Source: Bacilli bacterium (lineage in GTDB: Bacteria > Bacillota_I > Bacilli_A > RF39 > UBA660). From it: 64,000 nucleotides of DNA. The notes below the pieces were generated by a model that saw only the letters and a program-made list of their open reading frames with translations, was not told the DNA's origin and made no database searches. Each line of letters opens with the position of its first letter. Within the stretch, counting starts at the first letter, position 1. Below, piece by piece: positions 39,861 to 50,100 of the stretch. Location of the stretch: positions 1,668-65,667 of the forward strand of contig JAUVZX010000001.1 in assembly GCA_030602345.1 (NCBI GenBank), given 5' to 3'. A program made the position numbers and the translations under genes.

Positions 39861-40142
39861 TTATTCTCCTTTTTTAGTTTGACGCATATTGTGGAATTTT
39901 TCTAATACACCTTGTTGTCTTAATAAACCACGAACTGTATCAGTAGGTTCTGCTCCTGTACTTAACCATTTTAATGCAACTTCTTCGTTAACACTAACTG
40001 TAGCTGGTTTAGCAAGTGGATCATATGTTCCAACTAATTCGATAAATTTTCCATCTCTTGGACTTCTTGCATCAGCAGCAACAATACGATAGAAAGGTTT
40101 TTTCTTAGTTCCCATTCTTTTTAATCTTAATTTAACAGCCAT
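39861..40142 (-). CDS. rpsP: 30S ribosomal protein S16
   Basis: [31 protein letters not shown] is a canonical S16 N-terminus. Confidence 0.9.
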   Translation of the reverse strand: MAVKLRLKRMGTKKKPFYRIVAADARSPRDGKFIELVGTYDPLAKPATVSVNEEVALKWLSTGAEPTDTVRGLLRQQGVLEKFHNMRQTKKGE

Positions 40143-40207
40143 TTTATTACCTCCGTTCTTTATAATTATATCAAAACAAAATAATAAGTCAACCTTTTTT
40201 GGTTGAC

Positions 40208-41617
40208 TTATTTTATTTTACCTTTTAAACTCCAAGTTCTAACATCAGTTATTTCCACTTCTTTTATTTGTCCTAAATATTGATGATCTGTATCTACATA
40301 AACTGACTTCATCGTTTCAGTATAACCTGATAAACCATTTTTTTCTTTTTTATCTAATAAAACTTTGACTGTTTTACCTAAATATTTTAAATTATTTTCT
40401 TTTGCATAATAATTTATTCTTTCATTTAGTTTATATAGTCTTTGTTTTTTATCTTCTAAAGAAACATTATCTTCCATTTTAGCTGCAGGAGTACCTTCTC
40501 TAGCTGAAAAAATGAATGTATATGCTAAATCATATTTACAATACTCAACAATATCTAAAGTATCTTGAAAATCTTGTTCAGTCTCATTTGGGAATCCTAC
40601 AATAATATCTGTTGTAACTGATACATTAGGAATTTTATTTTTTATTTTATCAAATAAAGTTAAATATTCTTCCTTAGTATATCTTCTACCCATCAGTTTT
40701 AAAATACGATTAGAACCAGATTGAATAGGTAGATGAATATAAGGCATAATATTATCATATTTAGCTATTATATCGATCATTTCATCACTGAAATCCCATG
40801 GATGACTAGTAACAAATCTTATTCTTGGAATATTAGTCTTAGCAACACTTTCTAATAAATTAGCCATTGTATACTCTAAGTCTAAATCTTTACCATAGGC
40901 ATTAACATTTTGACCAAGCAAAGTAACTTCTTGATAGTTTTTTGAAACTAGTTCTTTTACTTCATCAATTATATGCTCGGGTAATCTACTTCTTTGTTTT
41001 CCTCTTGTATATGGAACTATACAATAAGTACAAAACTTATCACAACCATACATAATATTAACCCATGCTTTATACTTACTATCTCTTTTTACAGGGATAT
41101 TTTCTAAAACACTTCCTTGACCACTTAATACTTCTACTTGCATTTCTTTACTAGTAATAGCTTTACTAAGTAAGTTAGGTAAATTTATAATATTGTGTGT
41201 TCCAAAAACTAAGTCTAGATGACGATATTTTTTTAATATTTCGTCAACTACTTTTTCTTCTTGAGCCATACAACCACATATTCCCGCGATTATATCAGGC
41301 TTAGATTCTTTTAAAGTTTTAATTCTTCCAATCATACCAAAAACTTTATTATGAGCATTTTCACGAATAGCACATGTATTTAATAAAATTAAATCTGCTT
41401 CTTCCATATTATCTACTTCTTCATAAGACATATCTTCTAAGATAGCCTTAATATTTTCAGTATCATGCTCATTCATTTGGCAACCATAGGTTTTAACAAA
41501 ATATTTTTTACCTAAACCTATATCTTTAATTTGATCATTAATAATATATTCATTAGTTTTAACTAATATTTTTTCTCTATTCCTTTGTTTTGCTTCATTT
41601 AAATTTGGTTTTAACAT
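40208..41617 (-). CDS. miaB: Radical-SAM methylthiotransferase, MiaB family (tRNA i6A37 methylthiolation)
   Basis: N-terminal MTTase domain, [11 protein letters not shown] radical-SAM motif, C-terminal TRAM domain. 469 aa. Confidence 0.75.
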   Translation of the reverse strand: MLKPNLNEAKQRNREKILVKTNEYIINDQIKDIGLGKKYFVKTYGCQMNEHDTENIKAILEDMSYEEVDNMEEADLILLNTCAIRENAHNKVFGMIGRIKTLKESKPDIIAGICGCMAQEEKVVDEILKKYRHLDLVFGTHNIINLPNLLSKAITSKEMQVEVLSGQGSVLENIPVKRDSKYKAWVNIMYGCDKFCTYCIVPYTRGKQRSRLPEHIIDEVKELVSKNYQEVTLLGQNVNAYGKDLDLEYTMANLLESVAKTNIPRIRFVTSHPWDFSDEMIDIIAKYDNIMPYIHLPIQSGSNRILKLMGRRYTKEEYLTLFDKIKNKIPNVSVTTDIIVGFPNETEQDFQDTLDIVEYCKYDLAYTFIFSAREGTPAAKMEDNVSLEDKKQRLYKLNERINYYAKENNLKYLGKTVKVLLDKKEKNGLSGYTETMKSVYVDTDHQYLGQIKEVEITDVRTWSLKGKIK

Positions 41618-43252
41618 TTATACCTCTTGAATTGTAACTAATATTATTGGATTTCTTTCTGTTTCTTGGAATAAGAATTTACTTAGTTTTTCTCTAATTA
41701 AATTTCTTACTTTAGTAAAATCAATGGTCTTATCTTTAGTATTATCAACTAATACTTCTTTAGACATCTCTACTATTTTTTCTAATAGTTCTCTACTTTC
41801 TTTAACAAAAACGAATCCTCTAGTTAAAACTTCTGGTCCTGCAACAATTGATTTATCGGATTTCTTAATTGTTATATTAACTAAGACAATCCCATTTTCA
41901 CTTAATGCTGCACGATCATGTAAAACAGCACTTCCAATATCTTCGCTCGTTTTACCATCGATTAATATTTGATCAGTTTTATAAATTGTTTTCGATTCTT
42001 GTAATTTACCATTAACAAATGTAACTACTTCACCATTTTGTTTTAATAAAACATTTTCTTCTTTTAAACCAATTTGATATGCTAAATTAGCATTAGCAAC
42101 TTGGTGACGATATTCCCCAATAACAGGGAAATAATATTTAGGATTCATTAAATTAATCATTAATAATAAATCTTCAGAAGATGCATGATACTCTAAATGT
42201 TTCTTACTTGAAACAATTACTAAATTAACATTTATTTTTGCTAAATCGTCTAATAAATCAGCAGCAGTCTTTTCAAGTCCATCATAAACTGGAGAAGCAA
42301 ATACAACCGTATCTTCAGAAGTTACTTTAATAAAACGATCTTGTCCTTTTGCAATTCTAATCATGTTAGAAAATGGTTTTTCTCTTTCATCAGAAATTAT
42401 AACAATTGCATTATTACTAATATCGTGAATTGATCCTATTTTATTTTTATCTAAATCAATATGTTTATTATCAATTGCATATAAGATTAAAGCTTCTAAA
42501 GCTCTTCCCATGATAACTATTTTTCGCTCATCATATTTTAAAGCATTAAATAACTCTTGCATTCTATATAATTCACCTTGCTGAATATTAACTAAAATAC
42601 GACCTGTATTTTTATTAATTGTTTCAGAAAATAAACTATAAATACGATGATTAGGAGAAGTAAATCCTCTTTTATCAGCATATAAAGACTCACTCAATAA
42701 ACAAAGAACACCTTGTTTACCAATATAAGCTAATTTACCAATATCAGCTTTATAACTACCAATCATAGTTGAATCAACTACAAAGTTACTAGTATATACA
42801 ATCGCACCATCTTTAGTATTTAAAACAAATCCTACTGCCTCTGGCACCGAATGCGAAAGAGCAATTGGAAATATACTGTTTTCTTCAAAATCAATCTTAA
42901 CATGAGGTTTAATCTCATTTAAATTGTATTTTTTAGAATCTAATTCTGTTTTTAAAACTTCTAAAGTAAATTTAGTAGCATATATAGGAACTTCTGGATA
43001 ATCACTTAAAATATCAAATGTAGCACCAATATGCTCATCATGACCATGACTTAAAAAGATACCTTTTATATTTTTAAGGTTTTTACCAATAAAGTCATAA
43101 TTAGGTAATATATAATCTATTCCGAATAAACGATCATCTGGATACTTTAAACCAGCATCAAAAATAAATATATCTTCATTAACTTTAACTACATACATAT
43201 TTTTACCATTTTCGTTTAATCCACCTAGAGCAAAAATTTCTATTTTATTCAT
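41618..43252 (-). CDS. rnj: Ribonuclease J
   Basis: 544 aa, metallo-beta-lactamase motif LSHGHDEHIG, beta-CASP and C-terminal domain. Extended -10 TGGTATAAT and RBS AAAGGAGG upstream. Confidence 0.85.
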   Translation of the reverse strand: MNKIEIFALGGLNENGKNMYVVKVNEDIFIFDAGLKYPDDRLFGIDYILPNYDFIGKNLKNIKGIFLSHGHDEHIGATFDILSDYPEVPIYATKFTLEVLKTELDSKKYNLNEIKPHVKIDFEENSIFPIALSHSVPEAVGFVLNTKDGAIVYTSNFVVDSTMIGSYKADIGKLAYIGKQGVLCLLSESLYADKRGFTSPNHRIYSLFSETINKNTGRILVNIQQGELYRMQELFNALKYDERKIVIMGRALEALILYAIDNKHIDLDKNKIGSIHDISNNAIVIISDEREKPFSNMIRIAKGQDRFIKVTSEDTVVFASPVYDGLEKTAADLLDDLAKINVNLVIVSSKKHLEYHASSEDLLLMINLMNPKYYFPVIGEYRHQVANANLAYQIGLKEENVLLKQNGEVVTFVNGKLQESKTIYKTDQILIDGKTSEDIGSAVLHDRAALSENGIVLVNITIKKSDKSIVAGPEVLTRGFVFVKESRELLEKIVEMSKEVLVDNTKDKTIDFTKVRNLIREKLSKFLFQETERNPIILVTIQEV

Positions 43253-43338
43253 ATTTTCCTCCTTTCTTTTTTTGACTAACCAATTATACCAAAAAAAAGA
43301 ATATTAGTCCATAAATATAAAGACTAACATCAATATTA

Positions 43339-44826
43339 AATATTGTATAGCAAAAATTCTTAGAGTACCAAAACAAAAGAAAACGAAACAGTTAAATACT
43401 ATGAGTTATTGTATAGCAAAAATTCTTAGAGTACCAAAACATTCTTCCAACATATCTAAGGTTGGTGTGTGTTATTGTATAGCAAAAATTCTTAGAGTAC
43501 CAAAACTTACTTTCAAAATCATTACCATCTTTATTTGTTATTGTATAGCAAAAATTCTTAGAGTACCAAAACTGATAAGTCAAACATTCCGTCAAATGAC
43601 TGGTTATTGTATAGCAAAAATTCTTAGAGTACCAAAACACTTGCCTTTTTGTGTATAATTCATTAAAGGTTATTGTATAGCAAAAATTCTTAGAGTACCA
43701 AAACAAATTGCTAATGGTTCGGTTTTGCCTATCGGTTATTGTATAACAAAAATTCTTAGAGTACCAAAACTCTCCATTTAAAATAAAGGGATATATTATA
43801 GTTATTGTATAGCAAAAATTCTTAGAGTACCAAAACTTAACGAAGGTGGTTTATTTCCAACTAATGGTTATTGTATAGCAAAAATTCTTAGAGTACCAAA
43901 ACCAAATCTACGCTCTAATAAATAGTCAAAGTGTTATTGTATAGCAAAAATTCTTAGAGTACCAAAACCTTGCTTTAGTATCATACTTAGGCGCTAAAGT
44001 TATTGTATAGCAAAAATTCTTAGAGTACCAAAACATCTATTAATCATTGGTCTAGTTCTCCAAAGTTATTGTATAGCAAAAATTCTTAGAGTACCAAAAC
44101 CCTCTTGACCTTGATAGTTATCAAAAGGATGTTATTGTATAGCAAAAATTCTTAGAGTACCAAAACAGTGGCACACTTATGGGAAAAGATTTATTTGTTA
44201 TTGTATAGCAAAAATTCTTAGAGTACCAAAACCCTCATTATTTAATTATTTTAAACAAATGCGTTATTGTATAGCAAAAATTCTTAGAGTACCAAAACCT
44301 TGGATCTTTAACAGCATTGTCATTTATTGTTATTGTATAGCAAAAATTCTTAGAGTACCAAAACCGGTAGCATTAGGATATCACAATTTGAAAAGTTATT
44401 GTATAGCAAAAATTCTTAGAGTACCAAAACTTAATTCACATATATTTGTAAATATATTATGTTATTGTATAGCAAAAATTCTTAGAGTACCAAAACGATG
44501 AACAACCTGAGTTATATGCTAGATATGTTATTGTATAGCAAAAATTCTTAGAGTACCAAAACGACGATTAAGCAATATTCAAGAGTTTACTGGTTATTGT
44601 ATAGCAAAAATTCTTAGAGTACCAAAACGTAGACCGTTAAAGTTTAAATCGGTTGAAGGTTATTGTATAGCAAAAATTCTTAGAGTACCAAAACAATGTT
44701 TGCCCTCCTTAATTATTTCTTGTAGTTATTGTATAGCAAAAATTCTTAGAGTACCAAAACCAACAGACACATCAACGAATCGAGCTGCATGTTATTGTAT
44801 AGCAAAAATTCTTAGAGTACCAAAAC
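43339..44826 (-). CRISPR. Type II-A CRISPR array: 23 repeats of 36 nt (GTTTTGGTACTCTAAGAATTTTTGCTATACAATAAC in the transcribed orientation) and 22 spacers of 30 nt
   Basis: I enumerated the repeats by hand. All spacers are exactly 30 nt. The leader-distal repeat (43339-43374) carries 2 substitutions. The repeat at 43735-43770 carries one G-to-A variant. Leader and cas genes lie on the high-coordinate side, so transcription is on the minus strand. Confidence 0.97.
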
Positions 44827-44886
44827 CTCAAACTTATTTTATCATATTGATGATATATTGTCATCTAAGTTTGATTTTTAAAGTGT
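44827..44886 (-). promoter_or_regulatory. CRISPR leader with putative promoter (-35 TGACAA, 16-bp spacer, -10 TAAAAT) about 12 nt upstream of the first repeat
   Basis: 60-bp AT-rich segment between the csn2 stop and the newest repeat. Hexamers read on the minus strand. Confidence 0.45.
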
Positions 44887-45729
44887 TTATAAGTTTTTTT
44901 CTAGCGACATTATTCTATCATTTGAATCTCCAATTATATACTGAGAAATCAGTTTTTTTAATTCTTCTATTTCACAGTGAAAGGGAAGATTCATTCCTAT
45001 TTCATAATTTAAGTTATATTCATCGTAAACATCAATTATTTTATTATTATAAATACAATAATCCTTCATGTCAGATGGAGTGTGATTAGTTTCAGTGGAA
45101 ACAAAAACTTTAATATTTTCATTTTCCAAAAAATTTATAGCATTTATAATTTTAGGTGTTAAAGAGCCAATGTATGTAATAAAAATATTTTTGTCAGTTG
45201 TTAAAGACAGTTTTTCGATTAGATTCAGTTGGAATATTATTAAATCATCATATTCTAAGTCATATATATTACATTCTAAACCCATTTTTTTCATTTTACA
45301 TTTAAGCATTTTATATAATTCTAATATATCTATTTCATTAAATGATAAGTTTAATTTTAATTCTTCAGATAAAATAATATTTTTATTGTAATTTGACGTT
45401 TCTTTGGTTAAAACATCACTGATATTTAACATTTCTTCATCTTCAGAATTTTCTAAATATTTTAGCAGAAGCGTTTTAGCCCCTAATTTTATTTCATTTT
45501 CTATGTTAAAATATGGGTTTAAAATAAAGGATAAAGTGTTTCTACTATTTATTTTTTGTTCATTTAAATAAATTGATTCTACTCCTTCTCTTAATGAAAA
45601 TTCACTAAAATCCGAGTTTGAACATATTTGATGAATTTTTTGAAAAACTGAAAACATTTTTGTTCCGTTTTTTTCAAAAAAAATTTTTTTCTTATCTATA
45701 GAGAAGGATAATTCATTATTACCCTTCAT
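44887..45729 (-). CDS. csn2: Csn2-family CRISPR-associated protein (type II-A marker)
   Basis: 280 aa, directly between cas2 and the leader. Local similarity to Csn2 (EYDDLIIFQLNLIEKL and IFITYIGSL resemble the S. pyogenes Csn2 EYDEITILELIKALG and LLIFVNSGAF segments). Confidence 0.6.
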   Translation of the reverse strand: MKGNNELSFSIDKKKIFFEKNGTKMFSVFQKIHQICSNSDFSEFSLREGVESIYLNEQKINSRNTLSFILNPYFNIENEIKLGAKTLLLKYLENSEDEEMLNISDVLTKETSNYNKNIILSEELKLNLSFNEIDILELYKMLKCKMKKMGLECNIYDLEYDDLIIFQLNLIEKLSLTTDKNIFITYIGSLTPKIINAINFLENENIKVFVSTETNHTPSDMKDYCIYNNKIIDVYDEYNLNYEIGMNLPFHCEIEELKKLISQYIIGDSNDRIMSLEKNL

Positions 45730-45760
45730 ATATACAAATTTGTCTATTTTATTTCCTCCT

Positions 45761-46096
45761 TTAAAATAACATAAATGGGTTAGGTGTAATTTTTTCTTCT
45801 AGTTTGCTTTTATTTCCAACTAAAATTTCCATTCTGGTATATTGCTTTTCAGTAACTAACATTATTCTTATAGATCCTTTTTTAGGAACAAAATTTTTCA
45901 AAGTTGATATATGTTTCTGAGCAGAGTCTCTATTTGAAAATATTTTAGAATAAACAGAATATTGAATCATCATATATCCGCTTTTTATTAATCTTTTTCT
46001 AAATAGACTATATATTCTTCTTTCTTCCTCAGTTACGACAGGTAAATCAAAAAATAATATTATTCTCATAAAAACATCATTCATAAATTTTAACAC
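45761..46096 (-). CDS. cas2: CRISPR-associated endoribonuclease Cas2
   Basis: About 100-aa Cas2 (MRIILFFDLPVVTEEERRIY...). The true start is probably at 46069 (MRIIL); the track's form overlaps the cas1 end. Confidence 0.85.
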   Translation of the reverse strand: MLKFMNDVFMRIILFFDLPVVTEEERRIYSLFRKRLIKSGYMMIQYSVYSKIFSNRDSAQKHISTLKNFVPKKGSIRIMLVTEKQYTRMEILVGNKSKLEEKITPNPFMLF

Positions 46097-46970
46097 CAGG
46101 AAATTTTATTTCATCAATATTTCCTGTTTCAAAAAAACTAATTATACTATCAACCATTATTATAATAGCGTTATTAATTGTATGTATCTTTCCATCAATC
46201 ATGACCTTTTTAGTTGTTTGAGCTACTAGTTCAACCCTAATATTCCTCGTGAAAACATCATTTATTTTTAAATTTTTTAATACATACTGATCAACAATAG
46301 GCCTAAAAACTTCAATAACGTCATCAGCTAAGTTGAAAGGGTTTGAAGGTCCTCTATGAAAAATCCCGAAATGTGGGTTTAATCCTCTAGCCACTAAAGC
46401 TCTACATATTTGAGATCTCAAGATACTATAGCCATAATTTAATGCTGAATTTCTTACATCATCAGATTTTCTTAAGAAATCATCACCAAATAATTCTCTG
46501 AAATATATTTTTGCAGCTAGTCCTTCCCTATTTGTTTTGTCATTAAGTTCAACTTCTTGATAATATTTATCTAAAATTGAAATATACTCTGGATTAGCAT
46601 CAAAATATTCCATTACATTTTTTTGGTTTTTAATTTTAGCCTTTACAATTTCTTGCCAAATATACATTTTGCTATTTTCTTCCCATTCTAATTGTTTGCG
46701 AAGTTGAAAAGATGAATTATAATTACCAGAATAAGGAAATATTAATGCTGATGGTAAATGAAAAGGATCACAAATAACAATGTTAATATTATATTCCATA
46801 CACTTGCTTATTAAAGATGCTGACATAACTAAACTATGATTATCGATTATAATAGAATTTACGTCACTCAAAGGAATAGTTATTTTTTCTATTCCCTTTG
46901 TTATTTTCAAATTATCTAAATATAAATTTAAATAATCTGAACTTTCAATATAAATTATTCTCCAACTCAT
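46077..46970 (-). CDS. cas1: CRISPR-associated endonuclease Cas1 (type II)
   Basis: 297 aa with NSALNYGYSIL and GLNPHFGIFHRG motifs. Confidence 0.9.
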   Translation of the reverse strand: MSWRIIYIESSDYLNLYLDNLKITKGIEKITIPLSDVNSIIIDNHSLVMSASLISKCMEYNINIVICDPFHLPSALIFPYSGNYNSSFQLRKQLEWEENSKMYIWQEIVKAKIKNQKNVMEYFDANPEYISILDKYYQEVELNDKTNREGLAAKIYFRELFGDDFLRKSDDVRNSALNYGYSILRSQICRALVARGLNPHFGIFHRGPSNPFNLADDVIEVFRPIVDQYVLKNLKINDVFTRNIRVELVAQTTKKVMIDGKIHTINNAIIIMVDSIISFFETGNIDEIKFPGVKIYE

Positions 46971-47075
46971 AAAAACAAAAAGAGACTCTAAAGAGTCTCG
47001 ATTTCGGCATATTGCCTTATTTTGATAGTTCCTAAGAACTTTTGCTATACAGTAGTCCGTCGACTACAAAATAAT
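46971..47075 (-). ncRNA. tracrRNA (anti-repeat, nexus and terminator) between cas9 and cas1
   Basis: On the minus strand, UGUAUAGCAAAAGUUCUUAGG is complementary to crRNA repeat nt 11-31 (21 bp including 2 G-U pairs). UCAAAAU pairs with repeat nt 1-7, forming the lower stem after an internal bulge. There is a nexus-like AAGGCAAUAUGCC hairpin. The terminator is GAGACUCUUUAGAGUCUC followed by UUUUUGUUUUU. Confidence 0.7.
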
Positions 47076-47104
47076 TATAACATTTTTCGTTAAAATAATC
47101 AAGT

Positions 47105-50100
47105 CTAATTTAATAGTAATTTAGGTTCATTTTCAAAAGGAAGTTTATACATATTTCCCAATACATCAAAAGCCATTTTTTGAATATTAATGTTTTTCTT
47201 TATATTTATATATGGTTGTGGTTGAACTTTACCATTTTTATAAACTTTTTTCTCATTTGGGATTTTGTATGAAATGATATTAGATTCCAAGTTTTGAACT
47301 CCTGAATACAAAACTACTCCTTTATAGGTTGACTCTTCTACTTTTCCTACAAATAAAGGTTCATTTTTGTACACACTAAACAAGAATTTACAATTATTAT
47401 TGATCCCTCTTTTTTGCAACATGTCTTTATAATCATTTTCGTCAATATAATATTTTCCGTCTTTGTTTTTAATTTCATGTTGATAGATTTGAATTATTAT
47501 ATTTTCATTTGTTTCGTTTCTATATATGTCTATTCTATAGGGATTTAAAGATAGTAACACTACTTTATTTTCAGTATTATATTTATGACTAATGTCTAAA
47601 TGGTTTCCAAGTTTACTTTCATAATATTTAACTGTCTCTATTTTTGGACCATTTCCTTTTTTAGATTTTTTTCTTATAAAATCTCCATGCTTTAATTTAT
47701 ATTCTAAAAAGGGATTTTCAGCATACGAATATTCTTGTGTTATTTTTTTTAATAAATTAAAACTTTCGACATCGTATTTAAACATAAACAAATTTTTTAG
47801 TTTATCTAAATTGTCTTCTTTAAACCAATTAGCAACAGCATTATCATCATATATATTTTTTTTCGATATTATATATTCTTTTTGATCTTCCGGCTTGATT
47901 CTAACACTATATATAGTTTGATCACTCAAACCTTTGTTAAATTTTTTATCGACTTTCTGAGAAAATTTTACATTTAATTTATCTAAATTATTAATGAAAT
48001 TTAAATATTGACTATCATTTTTAATTTTGATATCTTCTGGTTTTATTATTTCACCAGTTTCGTCATTTACTAAAAGCTTATCTACTCTCGATATTTTTAT
48101 TAAATCATCGAAGAAGTTAAGTTTTTTAATTCCCGCAATCAACAAAGCATCTATAGCGTGATGAGAATTGTCTTCTTCTCTTACTTTCGGAAGATTACTT
48201 TGTTTCCTAAAATAATTAGTAACTATTCCTTTAATCGTATAGACTTTTGTATCAATATTATTTTGGTTATAATATTCAGAAAGTAAATTTAAAATATTTC
48301 TTGAGGCATATCGAGTATCTACTAAATTTCTATTAATAAAATCTTTTCTAACGCTAAATTTATTTATATCCGATTCATTTAAATAATTTTTCATCTTTCG
48401 ATAGTCTATTTTGCCATTTTTATTTAAGTTTATAACTCTATTTTTAAATTGATCATATTTACCAATTTTACTTAAATATTGATATGGGCTTTTTTGACCT
48501 TTTTCTTGATTTTCCTCTCTATAAACTAGGCATTTATTTTTGAAAGAATCATCTAAAGATATAGAAAGAGGTATTATATGATCTATTTCATATATATATG
48601 GATTTTCAATTAAATCATTTAAGTTTATTGATTTGCCAGAGTATATACAAACACCGTCTTGCTCTAAATATAATCTTACTTTTTGTTTGATTTCAATATT
48701 AATTTTCCCTTTATATTTTTTACTTATTTCATCTAGAACTTGTAAATTTATCTCTTCATTATTTTTTTGAAGTTTATTTATTCGGTTTTTTTGTTCTAAA
48801 CTATTCTTATCTCTAGGCATTTCTATTACTATACTATCTAATTCACCATATTTTTTTCTTACTGCATTAATTATTTTAATGGTTTCATTTTGAGATCTCC
48901 TCACAACGGGAGATAATACATCTTCAATATTAGAAGGTATAGTTTTACCAATAACGTCCTTATTTAATTGTTTATAGCCATTTAGGCTGATGATTTGCAT
49001 TTGGTTGTTATTTGTTTCAAGTAAATCCGGAAGCATCTCATAAATCGCTCTAAACGACAAAGAATGATATGTAGAAAATCCATTTAAAGTTGAAATTCTT
49101 TCTATGACATTTTGATCGAAGATTTTTATATCTATATTTTTTATTTTTTTAATAGCTTCTATTCTTTCATTTTGACCTTTTTTCATAGTCAATATCTCTG
49201 AGATTTCATCTATTATTTTTTTGTCATTTAATATTTTTTCGCTAAACCCTTCTTTTTTCACTAAATCAATAAAAACTTTATATCCATCAAACTCTGTTAA
49301 TATGGGCTCACTCTTTTTATTTAATCTAAAGCCAGATATTTCTTCTAAAGGCAAATCTAAAAACTTAGCAAGCTCTTTGGGAGTTATTTTTGCTTTTTTA
49401 TCTATAAAATTATAAATTATTTCTTCTTTTTGATTTTGAGAAAGCTGTTGATCTCCGTCAAACTTCAAATTATTTAGATCATTTAAAAAATTAAAAAGCT
49501 GTGCTGAATAAGATTTTTGAGGTGCTCTTTTTTCTTCTAAATATATAGAACATTTCCCTCTCATTTTTTCAATCAAATCGATGGGTTCTGCACCTATATA
49601 AGCATATCTTCCGTAAGGAGTTGGAGAATTAGGACCACCAGGTCCTTCATAATATTTTCTTTTTCTTTTTACTATTTCGATTATTTCTTCTGTCAATTCA
49701 TTAGAAATTTCATTTGTTAAACATAATTGTTTTATTTCTTTTATATAATCATCTGTAGTAAAAATATTTTGATTTCCTTTTAATTTTCCATCATTTAATC
49801 TCTTTAATTGCAGTTCACACACAAAATAATTATTTTGTGATAAATATTTTTGGTTTTCCGATAATGATTTTTTAGAAGTTTCGCTATCTTTTATCTCTTG
49901 TTCATTTTCAGGAATTATATCACTATCTACCAATCCTCTTTTTTTAGTAATATGTAATATGCAATTTGCAAACTCGTTATTATTAAGTTTGTGTTTTAAG
50001 CCTCTTGTTCTTAATTCATATATGTTTTTAGAATATTGAAATTCTTCATCAATATATCCATTTCTTTTCAACAAGTCTTTCATCGCTTCTATTCGAGTTC

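Noticed and set aside
39889-40092. 67-aa plus-strand ORF
   Set aside because: Antisense within rpsP.
44827-44886. Considered whether the array might be transcribed from the plus strand, from the low-coordinate end
   Set aside because: The repeat reads GTTTTGG... (the canonical type II 5' end) only on the minus strand. The degenerate repeat is at the low-coordinate end. The cas genes, the tracr anti-repeat orientation and a promoter-like leader all agree on minus-strand transcription.
43392-45089. Four track ORFs (43392-43706 minus, 43401-43658 plus, 44259-44501 plus, 44700-45089 plus) with internally repetitive peptides (YCIAKILRVPK...)
   Set aside because: They are translations of the 36-nt CRISPR repeat at regular 66-nt periodicity, not genes.
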